DNA of 64,000 nucleotides from Schmidtea polychroa (GCA_044892525.1 CM097888.1:36704001-36768000); one strand, 5' to 3'; shown: positions 46,340 through 62,029, counted from the stretch's first letter. Program-made: numbers and translations. The notes: generated by a model not told the origin, from the letters alone.

Positions 46340-47049
46340 TGCAACGGCCAAACACTCTATTCGAGTCCGTTGTCTTCCTCTAATTTCTAGTTGTTATAAG
46401 TGGTTTGAATATCTACATTACCACCAGGTAATTAAAAATTTCTTAATATTATTTGCACATCTATTTTAGTCTACGAAAACAACGAATCACCGTAGTTTGA
46501 TTTCAATCTGCCTTGATACCCCTCGATTGGGAACCTATTGAAGCCTTTCCTACCTCGCTGGATGGATGCAGTGTGATATGATTAATTAAGATAAACGGAA
46601 GTCGTGTCTACTCGTGTTTTGCTTGATACGATGTGTCGTTAATTTTTGATGGTCATTCCCTGTCTGATCTTTTAGTTATCAGGTCGTCAACTAATAATGG
46701 TATTTGGTAGTTGAAAGGGTAGAATTCACGTTTAATTTAAAACTGAATATTGCTAATAAACATTTAAATTGTATTTATCAGATTACATAAATTTTTATAT
46801 AAATATCTAAATTAATAAATTAAAGTAAGTTTAAAATATAAAAATAAATTAAAATATATTAAATATTAAAATAAATTAAACCAGCATTGAAATCAGCATC
46901 AAAATTAAAATAATAAAAAAGCCTCGAACAGATTGTTTGAATATTACAAAAAAGCGCAGTTTTGTGAATAAAATTAATTTAGTAATTTTATTTGGTTATT
47001 TTATTAATTATGGATATTGAACATGAATTCGACGTTGTTGCGGCTAACA
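46340..47049 (+). mobile_element. putative LTR bracketed by a PPT and a PBS
   Basis: AAAGGGAGGTGAAA then TG at 46340; ...AACA then TGGCGACCACGG at 47050 directly before gag. Confidence 0.45.
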
Positions 47050-49151
47050 TGGCGACCACGGCAACAAACCTATTGATTAACAGGTTGCTACCAGAAAGAT
47101 TCCACGGAGATGATGACCTGGAAGAATTCATCAAAGAATGCCAAAATATTTTTAATATTACAAAAACATCTGTCAAGATGCAGATGATTCTAGTGACCAC
47201 ACTGTTGAAAATAAACATCAGGCGGATAAAACCATACCACAAGAATATAGACCCCCAAAACGACTCACCGAAAGACAAAACACAAACCCAAACACAAACA
47301 AAAAAACAACCAATTCACAAAAACATCACATTCAACCACAAAAATTCAATCAAAATTTTCGACAAAGACACAATACTAGCTCCACTATACAAAAAACGTT
47401 ACAGCGAATGCTTTAAATAAAAACACAAACAAACACACGCACAAACAGCGTTAATTGTACAGTTTTTATTTTTCTTGTAAATACAAAACAAAAGGTAAAT
47501 TTTTAATTTTATTGAGGTTGTAAATACAAAGAAACAGAAACAAAATACATAAAAACATATAAAACACACAAAAAAAAAGGTTATTGAATGTAATTTGTTT
47601 CACGTTACTTTTTATTGACTCATGTTAACCTCCGGTTTTAAAGGGGGAAGTTATGTAATGTACAGCTATTTTTGTTAGTATTTTAGTATACACAATTAGG
47701 AATTGTGTATACTAAAATATAAAATACCACCATCTGGGAAATCCAGATTTTTAAAAAAACTATATAGCGATAATTTACTATAGTAAATTATCGCTTATAG
47801 TAAATTAGAAATTAAAAAAATTGAAAATTAAAAAGAAATCAATATCGTGTGGTTTTTGAGACTACGTTTTATGAACTACAATTTTTTGAACGACAATTGA
47901 ACAACGATTTACGAAATACAATTTTGGAACTACAATATTCAACTACAATATTCTGCTACAAACTTCAAGAAATATCAGAAGGTTCTATTTATATTTTTTG
48001 GTTGTAATAAAGTTTTAAAGATTCAATATTTAGTTATTGTTTTGTGTTAGATTTATAACTCTGTAATATTTGCAACTACTACATTTTTAAACATAACACG
48101 CACCCCGATTGTCCCGCTACAAGTTTTAACGGTGACTCTTTCGGGCTCTTCAGAATCTTCATCAAATTAACATAACATTAACTTAACAATAATTTGTCAA
48201 CAATAATATAACCACATAAATAAGATAGCTATAAATCATAACAGATAATAATTCAGTCATAACTGAATTATTAAACCATTATACGATGAATATGAAAAAT
48301 CAGAAGGAAAAACATTTGAAGAGAAGCTCAGATCAGCATTTTCGAGGCCAAAATCATTATTCGAAGACTTAAAGGAAGCTCTAAATTATGAACAAGGATC
48401 AGATTCAGCATACCGCTTAATCGAAAAAGTAGAGAAATTAACCAAAAGATTACTGCGACATGAGTGGAACGAAGAAGAAATTAAAAAGTGCCTGCTCATG
48501 AATGGGGCTCGAGAGAAAAAAGTTAAAAAGGAAATAGAAATGCAAGAACTATAGACGTCAGAAGAAATTAAAAGCACAATTAGAAAAGTTGAGAAAGTGA
48601 ATAAAGCTATAAACCATGTTAACTCCATCCGCCCTATAACATATATGAAACCTGTCAAAAGCTACAGAGATGCCGTTCAAAGACCCGCACAGACAAATAC
48701 GATGCTAATTTCAAAACCATTGGAAGCGACTAAGAACGTTGTATGCTGGACATGCCAACAACCAGGTCATTTAAGCCGAGAATGTACTATGAAGAGGAGG
48801 ATTCAGTGTCTTGGATGTGGATTATATGGACACGTACACCGAGAATGTCCAAACATTCAGTGTAGGAGATGTCATCTACAAGGTCACAAAGAAACTGAAT
48901 GCTATACAAACCTAGAAAGATTTAAGCCGAAAATGAATCATTACGGAAGAAATAATGCAGCACACCGAAATAAAGGAGGCCGATTTCAACAGAACAATCA
49001 GTATAACAGAAGAGAGGTAGCAGCAATTGGAAATCAAGATGCAAACTATCAACTGAATTATTCAAGTGAAGCCGAAGAGAAATACGACGAAATGCAATAC
49101 CCAAACGAGGAAGCTCCATCACAGGAGGCGATGATAGGAACCATTTATTAG
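47049..49151 (+). pseudogene. Gypsy gag with three CCHC knuckles, interrupted by a ~1 kb insert
   Basis: LPERFHGDDDLEEFIKEC (47080-47200), resumes LYDEY near 48272; CWTCQQPGHLSREC, CLGCGLYGHVHREC, CRRCHLQGHKETEC. Confidence 0.88.
47640..48100 (+). mobile_element. PPT plus probable LTR of another element inserted in gag
   Basis: AAAGGGGGAAG followed by GTTATGT...ACATAACA inverted termini; no TSD identified. Confidence 0.35.
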
Positions 49152-49489
49152 GTAATTTTGATTTTGATGAAAATGCTGGTTATAATAATGTAAATAATTT
49201 TTATAATGTAAATAATTTGAATAGTGTAGATAATTTTAATTGTTTTAGTAAAGATTTATGTAATAATATGGATGATAAAACTAATTTTAATTTTTATAAA
49301 AGTAGCAGTATAGATCATAGAAATGAAAACAGCAAAATAATGTGTAGCGATGAAAGAACAGGAGAAAAAGTATATAGTTTCCTAAAAATGTCATTTGATA
49401 TGAATGAAGATAAGATTAGGTGGATTAATAAAATTTCAGATAGTATAAAGAACAAAGTGGAACAAAATATATTTACGAAAGACGAATGA

Positions 49490-50760
49490 AAAGGACCTCG
49501 TATGACTTATCATAAAATACAAGGTAGACCAAGTATAACACTTGAAATTCAGGGACGCGGAATTGAGTGTCTGTTAGATACAGGAGCACGAGTTAATGTA
49601 ATATCTAAAACAGTACTGGATAAATTGGACAAAGTCGAGATAATATAAAAACAGATGAAATGCTAAGGTGTGCAAATGACAGTAAATTGGAGACTATGGG
49701 TAAAGTTTAAATTGATGTAAAGATAGGGAAGCTAACAAAAATAGTGACCTTTACTGTCGTACAAAACATTGTCCCAGATGTTATTGGGGGTATAGAATTA
49801 CAGAAACAATTCGGTATTGAATTAAGATGGATTCAAGAAGGTGAAATGATATTTAAGGAACGTATATGTGAAATTGATGCTAAATTTTGGAGGAATATTA
49901 CAAATGAAGAAAGATTCCAACATGCGATAGAGAAGTTGAAAGTAAAAGAAGATAAATTGCTTGTAGAAATTATCAAGAGAAATAAATGTGTTTTCAGGGC
50001 TGACAAGTGGGATGTTGGATGCACTGATTTAATTCAACATAAAATTGAAACAAATGGCGGACCAATAATGATAAAGCCGAGAAGACAGCCTATAAACTTG
50101 GAAGAGAAAATAAATATGGCCATTAAAAATCTGGAGGATAATAATATTATAAGGAAGTGTAATTCACCTTAGAATACCCCTTTAGTGTGCGTTTGGAAAA
50201 AGGAAAAGAAGGATATCAGACTTTAGACAACTTAACAAAATTACTGAAAGGCAAGCGTTTCCGATGCCTAAAGTTGACGAGATCTTAGATGTGTTGCATG
50301 GTACAGGATAATTTAGTTCTATTGACCATGGAAACGCATACTATCAGGTGAAGTTGGATAGAGATTCACAAGAGAAAACAGCTTTTCAACGAAAGAGGGG
50401 CAATTCTGTTTCAACCAAATGCCGTTTGGCATCACGGCAGCACCAGGAATCTTTCAAGAGCTCATGACGAAGATATTAAAGGATTTATGGAAAGACGGGG
50501 TAATGGTTTATCTGGACGATATATTAATTTTTACTAACACAATGGAAGATAAATTGCTGGAAAGAGTATTGCAGAAAATTGCAGAAGCTAAACTAAGAAT
50601 TAATCCAGAAAAATGTCAAATATTAAAAAGCGAAGTGAAATTCTTAGGCCATATTATAAATAAAGACGGCATCCAAACGGATCAGAGAAAAATTGAAGCT
50701 ATTCAATCATTTCAAAGGCCGAAATGTGTGAGAAATTTAAGGAGTTTCTTGGGCATTAGT
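49490..50760 (+). pseudogene. Gypsy pol (protease plus RT), frameshifted and 3'-truncated
   Basis: LLDTGA, EKTAF, MPFGITAAPGIFQ, VYLDDILIF, KFLGH, LRSFLG. Confidence 0.93.
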
Positions 50761-51204
50761 AAAGTACTCACGTTAAACTCAGTATACACATTACATTTTG
50801 AATTCAAATTTACAGTCTATTCAACTTATTAATTTATTTAAAATTCAAAATTTTGGTACAAATAATTTAATTTTTGTAATATTAATTTAAATAAAAATTT
50901 GAATTATAAAATTCCAAAGTTTGTTCCAAAAGATATCTTACTATTAATTTTTTTAAACTTGTAACATATGTTTGAATAATGTAATGTAACTGATAACATA
51001 TTAAGAGTAAACATGATTTAAATTAATTTCTAGTATAGAATTACTGAATTTATTATTTGTTAGTTAAAGAAAATTTTTACTAGACATTATTTCTATTTAT
51101 GATTTTTATAATTTTTTTTAACATTTCATATTATTATATATTATATTAATGTCAATCATGAAAATTTTTTAATATTAAAATTTAACTTGTTTTAGGAATA
51201 AATA

Positions 51205-54200
51205 ATGGAAGAGGCAGATGATAAATTTGTCAAATGCTTGTCAGTGCCACCCAATTTAAGAACACTTCAAGTAAGATATTAAATTAATTTATCAAAAATA
51301 AATTTCAATGAAAAGGATGTTCATTGTATTCGATCATATTTCAAAAGTATCGAAGCACTAAAAAGTTTCAAAGAATTAACAATATCAGAATTTTCAAGAA
51401 TTGCCAGATACGAGCATTATCAACCTAATGCAACTTTATATAGGTATATATATTGTGGAAATAATATCTTATGATCTTTTATTTTTCTTCTTTTCAGACG
51501 AGGCGATGTTTGCACCTCGTGGTATATTGTTCTCTCAGGGTGTGTTTTAGTTGGTCAAACAATGTTTTTCCCTAGAACTAGGTAGAAAATTCGAAATCAA
51601 TAAAACTATTTTTAATTAGTAATTTAGTTTTGGTCATAGATCACACGGAAACATTTATCGTTATGATGAATGCGTAATTTTAGAGAAAACCGAATTAATT
51701 GTGGTATTAATTTAAAATTTAAATAATTAAGCTAATTAAAATTTCTGAATTTTCTTAACAATTAAAATTATTTTTTATGAGATATTAAATGATGTTAAAA
51801 AATGATTTTCAGTTTGATTATTCACTTGAAACGTGTACTCAACCGACAACAATGACAAGAAAACATAGCTCGGTAAGTTCGAATATCTTTTATTTTCCAT
51901 TTATTAATTTAATTATTTTGAATTTTTTAAGCATTAAAAATAAATTTTGAATTTAAATTATTTTTAAATAACATTTGTAAAAGCTTATGAATGAATTTTA
52001 ATTGTGTTTCCTGTTGAATTGAAATTATTGAGATTTTTTTGAAAATTGATGTTATTTACGTACGTATCAAATGAAGGATATTTGTACGCTTTATCCAGTA
52101 GTTTTAATCATTTTATATATTTGAATAACAGTAGATTAAAATGTTATTTATTTACAAATGAATGCATTTCCTTTATCACGGATATAATAAACGGATATAT
52201 ATATATATATTTAAAATATTACATTTAAATGTCAGATCGAAAAAAGTTTTCAATGTGATTATGAAATCCTTGGAAAAGATAAACACAGTCGAATGTTCTA
52301 AGATTTAGCTATAAATGAATTCTCGATAGTCTTTTAACATATCGCATCAATACCAGAAAGTGAAATACTGAAATATATTTAAAAGATAAAAATTTGCTGT
52401 AAATGACACCAGAAAACAATAATTAAATATTTACTCCTAATTTATAGGGATTTCATTTTTTATTCATTTGATTAAAATAATATGAAAGCTAGTCTACGAA
52501 TCATCTTTACTAAATAGTGCCTGAATTATAAGGGGTTTTTGAAATCACAGAACTGAGAACCAATTATAAAAGAAACCTTAACTTTTCACACCATTTCTGG
52601 TTTTAATATTTCCTAAAATGCCTTTCTTTTCAATCTCTCCACGTCTATTAAATTGTAAAAAAGTTCTTGAAAGCAGGAAGCACTACTGATTATCATTTAT
52701 TCTTTAATGCTCGATCAAATTTAATTAGAGCTAATAAGAATTAATTTGCCCGAGGGGAACACAAAGAATTTGATTAATTAATCCATGTTATTATGCAATA
52801 ATTTCGTATATCACAACTATTTTCGCAATATTTATGAGACAATTGTGTGAACTATTTACTCCATTTCTATCAATATTTTTATAAAGCCATTTTCCAAATA
52901 AAACACGACAATAGAATTTTTCAATTTGTCTTTATTGTTTATCAATAAAATCTTTTTTTTGATTTCACTAGTCCAAAATTTGATTGAGAATAACCGTTCA
53001 GAGAATATAGGGATATTCTGCAAAGGTTCGTGTTTTCCTCAAAGGACTTGGAAATTTTTAAAATTATACCAATGAATTTCATTTACATAAAATAATTGCA
53101 AATGAAAGATAACATATTATTTATAACACGAAAATTTGAAGTTATTTTTAAAGAATTTTCGTCGTATTTTATCATTTTGTATAAGCTTTATTTTCGATCA
53201 ATAGTGAAATTAAATTTCTTAAAATTACTATATTTTATAAATTTTCATTATATTGGTCTAAAATTCATGAAATTTATATTAAAAAATAATACAAATATCA
53301 TTTGATAAAAGCCACTCCGAAAATCTCCTCTACATGGTGTCATTTAATAACAATTATTATTATTATCGATCAATAGTGAAAAATAAAAATTATAAAATTT
53401 TAAAATTAATTATAAGTAAAAACGCCAATCCAATATATGTATTTTTACTTATATTTAGTGACTGTTATAATCAATTTTAACATTAAAATTACTTTATTTT
53501 AAAAATCCTTATTTTATTAAAATTTCATTATATTGCCTTTTATAACTATGATTTTATACATTTTCAACTAAACTTTATAATATTATAGATTTTACTGTTG
53601 ATTATTCCAGCATTTATAAATTAATTAATGTAATCAAGAAACACTAGAATCTCAATTAAATTAAAATCCCCCTTGTAATGCTGAATTCAGAGGGCTAAGA
53701 CCAAATTCTAAGTTTAATTTTAAGAGTAATTTTAAAGATCAAAAAAATCGTTGGATAATAAAGTGACAACTCAAATAAGATCTTATAGCTATAAAGCATA
53801 ACAGCTAATTTAAGCCATTAAATTCATTAGTTTTTATTTTTAACTTTATAATCCTACTTTTTAAAGAATTCTATTTCAACTAAATGATACTGATTTATTA
53901 CCAATGAAATTTAATCTTCGAATTAAAAATCGTATAACAATTTAGTTGAAAACATCTTTATATAGCAATTTACTAAGATTTACCATTCCAGTTTATCTTA
54001 TCAAATATATAATGTGCAATAATGCAATTTCACAAAATTTGAGATTAATGCGCTAAAAAACTTGAATAAACTAAACAAACAGTGTGTTATATAAATTAGA
54101 AAAAAGTTCTCACTGCTTATATTATTGTATTTAATGATATAAAAATAAAACTTTTTCAATTATACCATATTTTCATTGCACAGTGATCAGCGATTTTCAC

Positions 54201-57200
54201 ATTGATTTTCATTAAAAACTGCTGGTAAATTAATTAATTAATTTCTATTTTAAAGACAAAATATTAATATTTTGTAAAGATATATTATTTTGTATTTCGA
54301 TGCCAAAATCTGAATTAGCTATTGAAGAATGAAATTGTATTACATAATCGCCAGCTAATGCAAATCGTTGCACATTTTCAAGCTGAATTGAAAACAGCCT
54401 GTTGCACACACGCACACAACTTTTATATATTTACTGCCAACAAATCGGATGAAAATTTTTGCAATTTTGCACTTTTTCATGTAGGAAATTTTATCATATA
54501 CACAAACTAATATTTGTATCAAATCGTTCATGTGGAGATTAATGATTTGTAAATGACTAGTCACATTTCATTTACCAACTATTGACATTAATTTGAGATT
54601 CGATTGAACATTGGTATTGGATTTTACCGACTTCGTTCTGTGATAGAGTTGAGATTGATTGTGTTTCATCACTCTTTATATATTCACCATACGTTTATAT
54701 ATTGGACGCTATTGTAAAAAAGTTATAAGTTTTAATTGAATCGCGGTTAACGTCTATTATTCAATCGCTACTCATTGTAAAATAAAGTTGCAAAATTGAT
54801 GAATGTCTAATTGAAGTTAATGTTGCTGTAAAAGTTACCATTAAAAATTTATGGCTTAATTTGTGCTTAACTATTGGCTGAAACATTAAAATAAGAAAGT
54901 ATTTGATTAAAAATATATACGTGCAATGTTTTTTATATCGATTACTTTTGAATCGGATTTGGTATTGTTGGCCTTTCAATGTCGTATCAAATATTCACAC
55001 TGATTTTCAAAATTTTCATACTCCAAATTTCGAAAATATGGCTTTGAGACTCTTCTGGGTATCAAATTTTCTACATCGGAAAAAATTGAACTAAAACTCC
55101 TTACAAGATATACATAATATACCTACTAAAGCTAAACGCATTAATATTTTCGATTTTGTAAACCTTAATACTTATTTCAGTAAAATCATGTATCAATTTC
55201 TTCATTTTTGATTTCTTTTTTTAGTTTTTCACTACAGATCAGTTTTATATTCGCAGATCTTAAGTCGCAAATTAAATAAAGCTAAATGAAGTTGTGAACT
55301 TATTAATTGTGCATTATTCAATTATTATCTTGGTTCGCCGACATGTAATTTAAATCAAGTTGTTTATAACCGAAATCATAACTGTAAATGAAAAATAGTT
55401 TTTTTTCAGAGGCATAATCAATATTTATAGCGTTTGCCTCAAATGATTAAATTTAAATTTAATGAATTTTTCCCAAATGTTTCTACCGGACAGAAGTTAC
55501 CACTGGGTTGAATATGCGTTATCGAAAAGGGCTCGAAAAGTAAAATTAAATAATAGATTCTTAAAAATTGACCAGATATCAATTGACCGATATCAATAGA
55601 TCATCGTTTTGTTTGGATTATTTATTTTGTTTGACTTTGTTTTCATGGGAGTAGTGAGGATAAACCACCTCTCTAGTGACGCTTCTGATATTATGCATAA
55701 TGATATGTCTTTAGTGAATCTGGAAACAATAAGTTAAATTTTATTTCATCAAAATATTTTAATTAAAAAATTTTAGTAAGAAATAAAAAATGAACGGATC
55801 GGTACACACGTCTTGATTGTATAAACTATATCATAATTCCCAGAGGAAATTTTTACACTTTTCATAAAATAGGGAGGGCAATAGTTTTTTTCCATTTCAG
55901 TGGTAGTTAAAAAATATCTATATAAATGAATTAAATCTATTTCGCCTATAAAAGATTATTTTAAGTATTTCTTAAAATTTTTTAAATCGTTTTACACGAC
56001 TGAAGATTAAAAAAGAATTATTTAAAACCTTCTTTCTCCATATATCAAGGTTGACGTATTGTTTTAATGAAAGACATGCCTATCAATTATGGGTGCAGCT
56101 ATATAAAAATAAAATTATAAATAAGCGATGCCTTATAAAAGAACATAGGTAAAAGGTTGCAAAGAATTGAATATTGTTCACGTTGAGCATTTACATACTC
56201 GAAATAAATGTATTCCTATTTTTAAGAATTTTCAAATCGGTAACTTTAAGTATATATTTTCAAATGGACGCTTATGGGAACCTTTTATTAAAATTGCCAA
56301 TTAAATAATATTAATAATATTAAAATCGTAGAAAATGAAAAATTTTCATATTTTCCTAGGTTTTGTTAAATAAAATGTTTGATTTAATTTTAATTGTTCG
56401 AGTATTTAATCCGGCTAATTTAAAATAATAAAAAAAATTAAAAAGAAAATTAAGTGAATTTGAAATTTGAAGAAAATCTAAAAATGAAATCAATGCTGTT
56501 TGTCGAAAGAAAACAAAATTACGAAAAATTATTTAATTTTCAATATTAAACAAATTTTGGACCGTTCACTTTGTGGTGTAGGTACAACAGCAGTTGGAAA
56601 CGTATTTAGTTTATCTGAATTAACAGTTAAAACAATTAAAATGTGCTCACACAAAATAAGAGCAGCTGTAACTGCGGGTTGCTTTTAAAAATTTCCACAT
56701 AGACGAAATCTTGATATAGAAATAATGAAAACAATGGAATATGTGGGAATAATAACCCGCATATGTGCATCTTATGGTAAGGCTAACTGACATACGTATT
56801 TTAAAACACCTTAAAGCCAATCAAGCGCTTCAAGTACTAATCAAATATTATTCGTTATTACTTAATATAGTTTTTCTCTTAATAACGTTTTTACTGATGA
56901 AGATTTTCGAAATTTTGAAAAAATGCTTGTATCTTCATTCTGATTAAATGAAAATAAAATGACAAAAATAGTTACAATATTTTAATGCATTGTTGATTTT
57001 GTTGATTTTGTTACAAAGCAATAGTTGATTCAACTATCTTTATAAGGTAAAAATATGAAATAATTTCAGTTTATTGTTGAGCTAATTGAAATACTTGAAT
57101 AATTAGATAATTTTAAGGAATAATTTGACACTTTGAACTAAAAGTTAAGGGTTGCATGAAAAGTACTTAGGCTTTAAGGTTTTACTATACATTGTTAATG

Positions 57201-59149
57201 CTCATTTTTATATCTTGATTATTCAAATATAACATACTTTTACTATAAATCATTAGATTTTTAGTACAACTTTTTGAGTTTATTCTCGATAAGCTAAATG
57301 CTAATTTTGAACTGTCAGTTAGCCAATGAGCTGGCCAAGAGTTAGACAATTATTCATTGCGTAATCATTTACAAATTTTAATAAATAACATTAAACGAGC
57401 ATTGGAAATAATTATGGAATAATTCTGTGACGTTTTGTTATATATTTTATTCCAAGTTTCGGACATTATAAATGATAAAATCGTTAAACTAGAACATTCA
57501 GCTTAGAGTTAAGTTTTGATGTCATAGATGATGACTAAGGATATGGAATCCAACTAATAAAGTCCTTATGATTGACGAATACAATTTCAACACATCTGAA
57601 AGTGAAATGAAAGAAGAACCAGTTAAGAACTTTTTCACGAAAAGAACTTCTCGAAATTTGAAGTCCTTTTTATGAACATTATAAAGATATGCCTGAAAAA
57701 AATATTTAGCTTCATGTAGTGAGATATAAAAAGAACTAAAAATCATTTACAGAACAAATTTCAGCTAATGAGTCAAATAATTTTAAAATCTTAGTTTAAC
57801 CACAAAGCGATGACTTCTAAAAGCAAATTTTTAAAAAACAAATTGAAATTTTTACCTTTTATATTATATTTTCCACATATGACGTCTCTATATACTTTTT
57901 AGATTTGAATTTACAAAATAAGTCAATACAATTTTCTAAAATTTTCTATCGGAACCAAACCATCTTAAAATCCACTTTTTTTCTGGATTTAAAATCTCAA
58001 TTTACACAGTTTTATATTACACGCTATTTTCCTAAAGCCAATATTCAACCAGAGTAAAAGATAATCAGTATCTAGTGATTGTAAATCAAATTATTAAAAT
58101 TTATAAACATTAGCAAATAATATGTTCTCAAAGTTATTTGATAAATTTATAATCATATTTGTCAACTCTATTTTATTTCAAGTACGCTCTTTATATATGT
58201 ACTCACATTTCAGAACACAGAACCCATCAAAGAATTAGAAATATCAAATAATTCAACAATAACATTAATAACACCTTCACCAAATAGTTTATTCAACAAT
58301 GGGACTATCAGCAAGCGATCCTCCCATGCAAGCGATACATCGAGTGCCTATTCAGGATGTGATGCTTTAGCAGGAAATTCTGTTGGAAATGCATCATTAG
58401 CTTCAGACAACGAAGATGATGATGCTGATCTCGATAGTCTTAGTCAGGATATATATTCAATGAGTGACACATTCTATGATGTAATTCTCAAAGAACCAAA
58501 TTTACGAAATGAATCAGATATCGAAACTATATTAGATGGCGTTCAAAATCTACCGGCATTTTTGAATTTTACCTCAAAAACAAAATATGAAATATGTAAA
58601 GTAATGCAAGTGGTTATGGTTCATAATTCTGATGAAAAGCTGATGGAAGATGGTCAAATTATGGATACATGGAATGTGGTTTTAAATGGAGCCGTAGAAG
58701 TACGTTTCAAAAATGGGTCTACTAAAGAGTATACTAGAGGAGACAGTTTCGGTGTCCAGCCAAATATGAATGAACAGAAGCATGCAGGTGAAATGTGGAC
58801 AGTGTCTTCAAGCTGCATGTTTTGCTGTGTACTTCAAGCTCAATTCTGCGAAATTGTCAGTCGAAATATTGATTCCATAATTCCTGAAAGAGAAGAAAGT
58901 GGAAAAATTGATTTGGTTTACGAAGAAAGGACATCGTCTTCTGATTCATCAAATTTTGGAAAGGTTGTTGTTAAAGGTACCGCTGAAAAACTGATTAGTC
59001 TTCTAATGGTTGATCAGCGTAAATATGATCCTATGTATATTGAAAATTTTTTGCTTACCTACCGTGTCTTTGTAAAATCTCCTAAAGTAATTGCTGACAA
59101 ACTTCTCCACTGTTATCAAGCAGAACCACGAGATAAAGATAGCAAAACA
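51205..59149 (+). CDS. RAPGEF2/6: Rap guanine nucleotide exchange factor (PDZ-GEF), 5' exons; continues through gaps
   Basis: Five short exons 51205-51870 (ARYEHY..LY, WYIVLSG, FFPR, FGHRS..ECVILE) and a large exon from 58214 with RSSHASDTSSAYSG, LPAFLNF, cNMP-binding domain (WNVVLNGAVEV, GDSFG) and REM domain (GTAEKL..DPMYIENFLLTYRVF). Confidence 0.9.
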
Positions 59150-62029
59150 NNNNNNNNNNNNNNNNNNNNNNNNNNNNNNNNNNNNNNNNNNNNNNNNNNN
59201 NNNNNNNNNNNNNNNNNNNNNNNNNNNNNNNNNNNNNNNNNNNNNNNNNNNNNNNNNNNNNNNNNNNNNNNNNNNNNNNNNNNNNNNNNNNNNNNNNNNN
59301 NNNNNNGATTATATTTTCATTTCCTAAAATATTAGGCATTTATTTTATTAAACAATTATTGTTTATCAGCAAATATATATGATCTACANNNNNNNNNNNN
59401 NNNNNNNNNNNNNNNNNNNNNNNNNNNNNNNNNNNNNNNNNNNNNNNNNNNNNNNNNNNNNNNNNNNNNNNNNNNNNNNNNNNNNNNNNNNNNNNNNNNN
59501 NNNNNNNNNNNNNNNNNNNNNNACGTATCTAATAATAAACTGTTGAAATTTAAAATAGAATAATTATTACATATATTCTTAATATTTTTTAATTAAAATT
59601 TTATGTAAATTACGTACTGAAACTTATTTCACATTCTACATGTTTGTACAGAAAAAATTGCGTGTTCGTTTTATATTTAGAATCATTGAAGTATAAACAT
59701 TTTATAGCACATATGTAAACTCTTTAGCGACAATTTTTCACACTCTAAAGATCACATAGTTACACACAAAATTTTATTAAACATAAAAATTCTTGATTGT
59801 TAATTTGATGTATCTTTAAATTGTCTTTCAAATTTATATAAATATTGACCATAGCTATTCACATGTGAAATGAATTTTATAATGATCTGTGTTTTCAATG
59901 GTTTAATAAGTGAAATTGGAAAATATGCAAACGTATTTTATCTTCGACTCACTCTGAGGAATTCTTATTCTACTTATCGGCCCACTAGAAAAGATCTTGC
60001 TTATGTATATTTAGTTTTTCTAAACACATTTGTAGGTAAACCTGCTATTGATTTAACCTTTTTGCACTCCGTTTGCCACTATATGTCGCCACTATTTTTA
60101 AGCTATACAACTTATAAATAATCATCGATTGTTGTTATTTTTGTTTAAATATATAAATTTATTAATATATCTAGTGTTTTGAATGCACATTTGCAGGAGA
60201 CCTTTTTTATTTTTTTTTAAATTAATTTTGTTTTACGTCTACCATTTTTGCTTGAAATTGGAAAAATGTATGCTGGAGTTACAGGTATACAAAAAATAGA
60301 TTTATTAGTTACAGTCATACAAAAAAAATTCAAGAGTTGAAAGAGTTAAAAAATCTCGATTTCGTATAATTTTTATCTTTTAAAATAATTTCCTTTTATT
60401 AATATATACAAATCGACGCAAATTCTATGCGTAAATCATTTTAAATATTTTAAAGTTTGATTTAATTTTCTAGTGCAACTTAGAGTAAAATAATTTTTAC
60501 AAATTACAAGTTAAAATAGCCTTCATCAATTTCAATGTTCCTAATATGGTCGATTTGGTGCGATTGTAATTGATAACGTTATCCAAGAATACATAAATTT
60601 ACTTTTTAAATCTTTTTTCTCTATACAATTGATCTATACATAGGTTTAAAATTATTTTTTTCTAGAAATTTTCCAGTGATATAAGATTTGGTAACAGAAA
60701 ATATTTATAAGAAATCAAACAGTAACTCAATTTTCTTCTGATTCTATCAGGAACATAACAAAGAAATGGAAAAAAGTCCAGTATTTCTTTTGAGATTTTT
60801 TCTGTTGCCTTTTACATAGTTTCATATTTTTGAGTCACTGTCTTAATGTTTAGGTCAAATACTTTAGATATTTCTTAACCCTCAACTAATCGCACCTCAA
60901 AACATACACTTATTGCCGCGTTGAGTCATATCAAAAACAACCATTTTAACTAATATAAATACAATGTTTAGGGAAGGTAAGAACTAATGTTCGCTATAAC
61001 ATTTTTATTTGTCTTTATTATCAATAATATTAATAAATAAAAATAGTAAATCAAGAATATGAAAACTTGACAGTGCTTCATCTTAGCTTTGATAATTTAT
61101 ATTACTTTGATGAGAACAACGAGTCCTAAGTTTTAGGTTTATTTGACCAAAATGTATCGTGTGTTCATCAAGATTTTTTGATTTCGCTTTTTGACATTGT
61201 TAAATTAATTGGAAAAACCTAGGTCGTTCATATCTATTCAAGTAAACTGTTGTAGCTGGACATCAGTTCACAATGGACAAGTTACTTGATAATTCCTTGA
61301 TAATTTCACAAACAATGAAAGTTGGGATTCTTGTTTTTCAGAAATATACAAACTTTACTAAATCTTCACTTAAGGATGTTTTTACTACAGCTTTTCGTCG
61401 ATTATCATATTCCTCAATTCGTTTTCTTTCTGACCCACTTCTAATAAGTGTAATACGATGAAAAAATCTTCAGTCATAGGTGAAATCTTTATTATTTTAT
61501 TATCCTGTAATGTAAAAACAACGTGTTTTAATTATTATATAGCGCTACCATAACTAAACTACAAATAAAATATTACTGAAACATTTTATATCCTGTTGAT
61601 TAGACGATTTCTAACAAATAACAAATCATTCACCTGAAATAAGTTATACAAAGACCTGTTTCTTTGTGAAATAGAAATATTATATATTATATAGTGGGTA
61701 TTTTATAAGTTTTTAGTTAAAATAATTTGAATAAATAAATAAAATTGTGTGAAATTAGAAAAAGAACTTTACATTTTCTTTTAAATAAGAATTTATAATT
61801 TATAGTGAATTTATGTATAAACAAATTCTGTGATATTTTCTATAGTTTCGCTAAGGTTGTTCATTATGCTGAAAACTTTCAATGAATTTTACCTTTATAC
61901 ATTCGCCATCAACATAACACGTTTCTTAGGTTATATTGAAAATAATAATTACAATTTATAAAAATGTATACTATAAAGTATTTATCACGAAATACTTTCC
62001 TAGATTAGAAAAATCTTGATATTATGGGC

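Noticed and set aside
52000-58200. Short 60-70 aa ORFs in the RAPGEF introns and in 59300-62000
   Set aside because: AT-rich intronic sequence, many with non-ATG starts and no motifs
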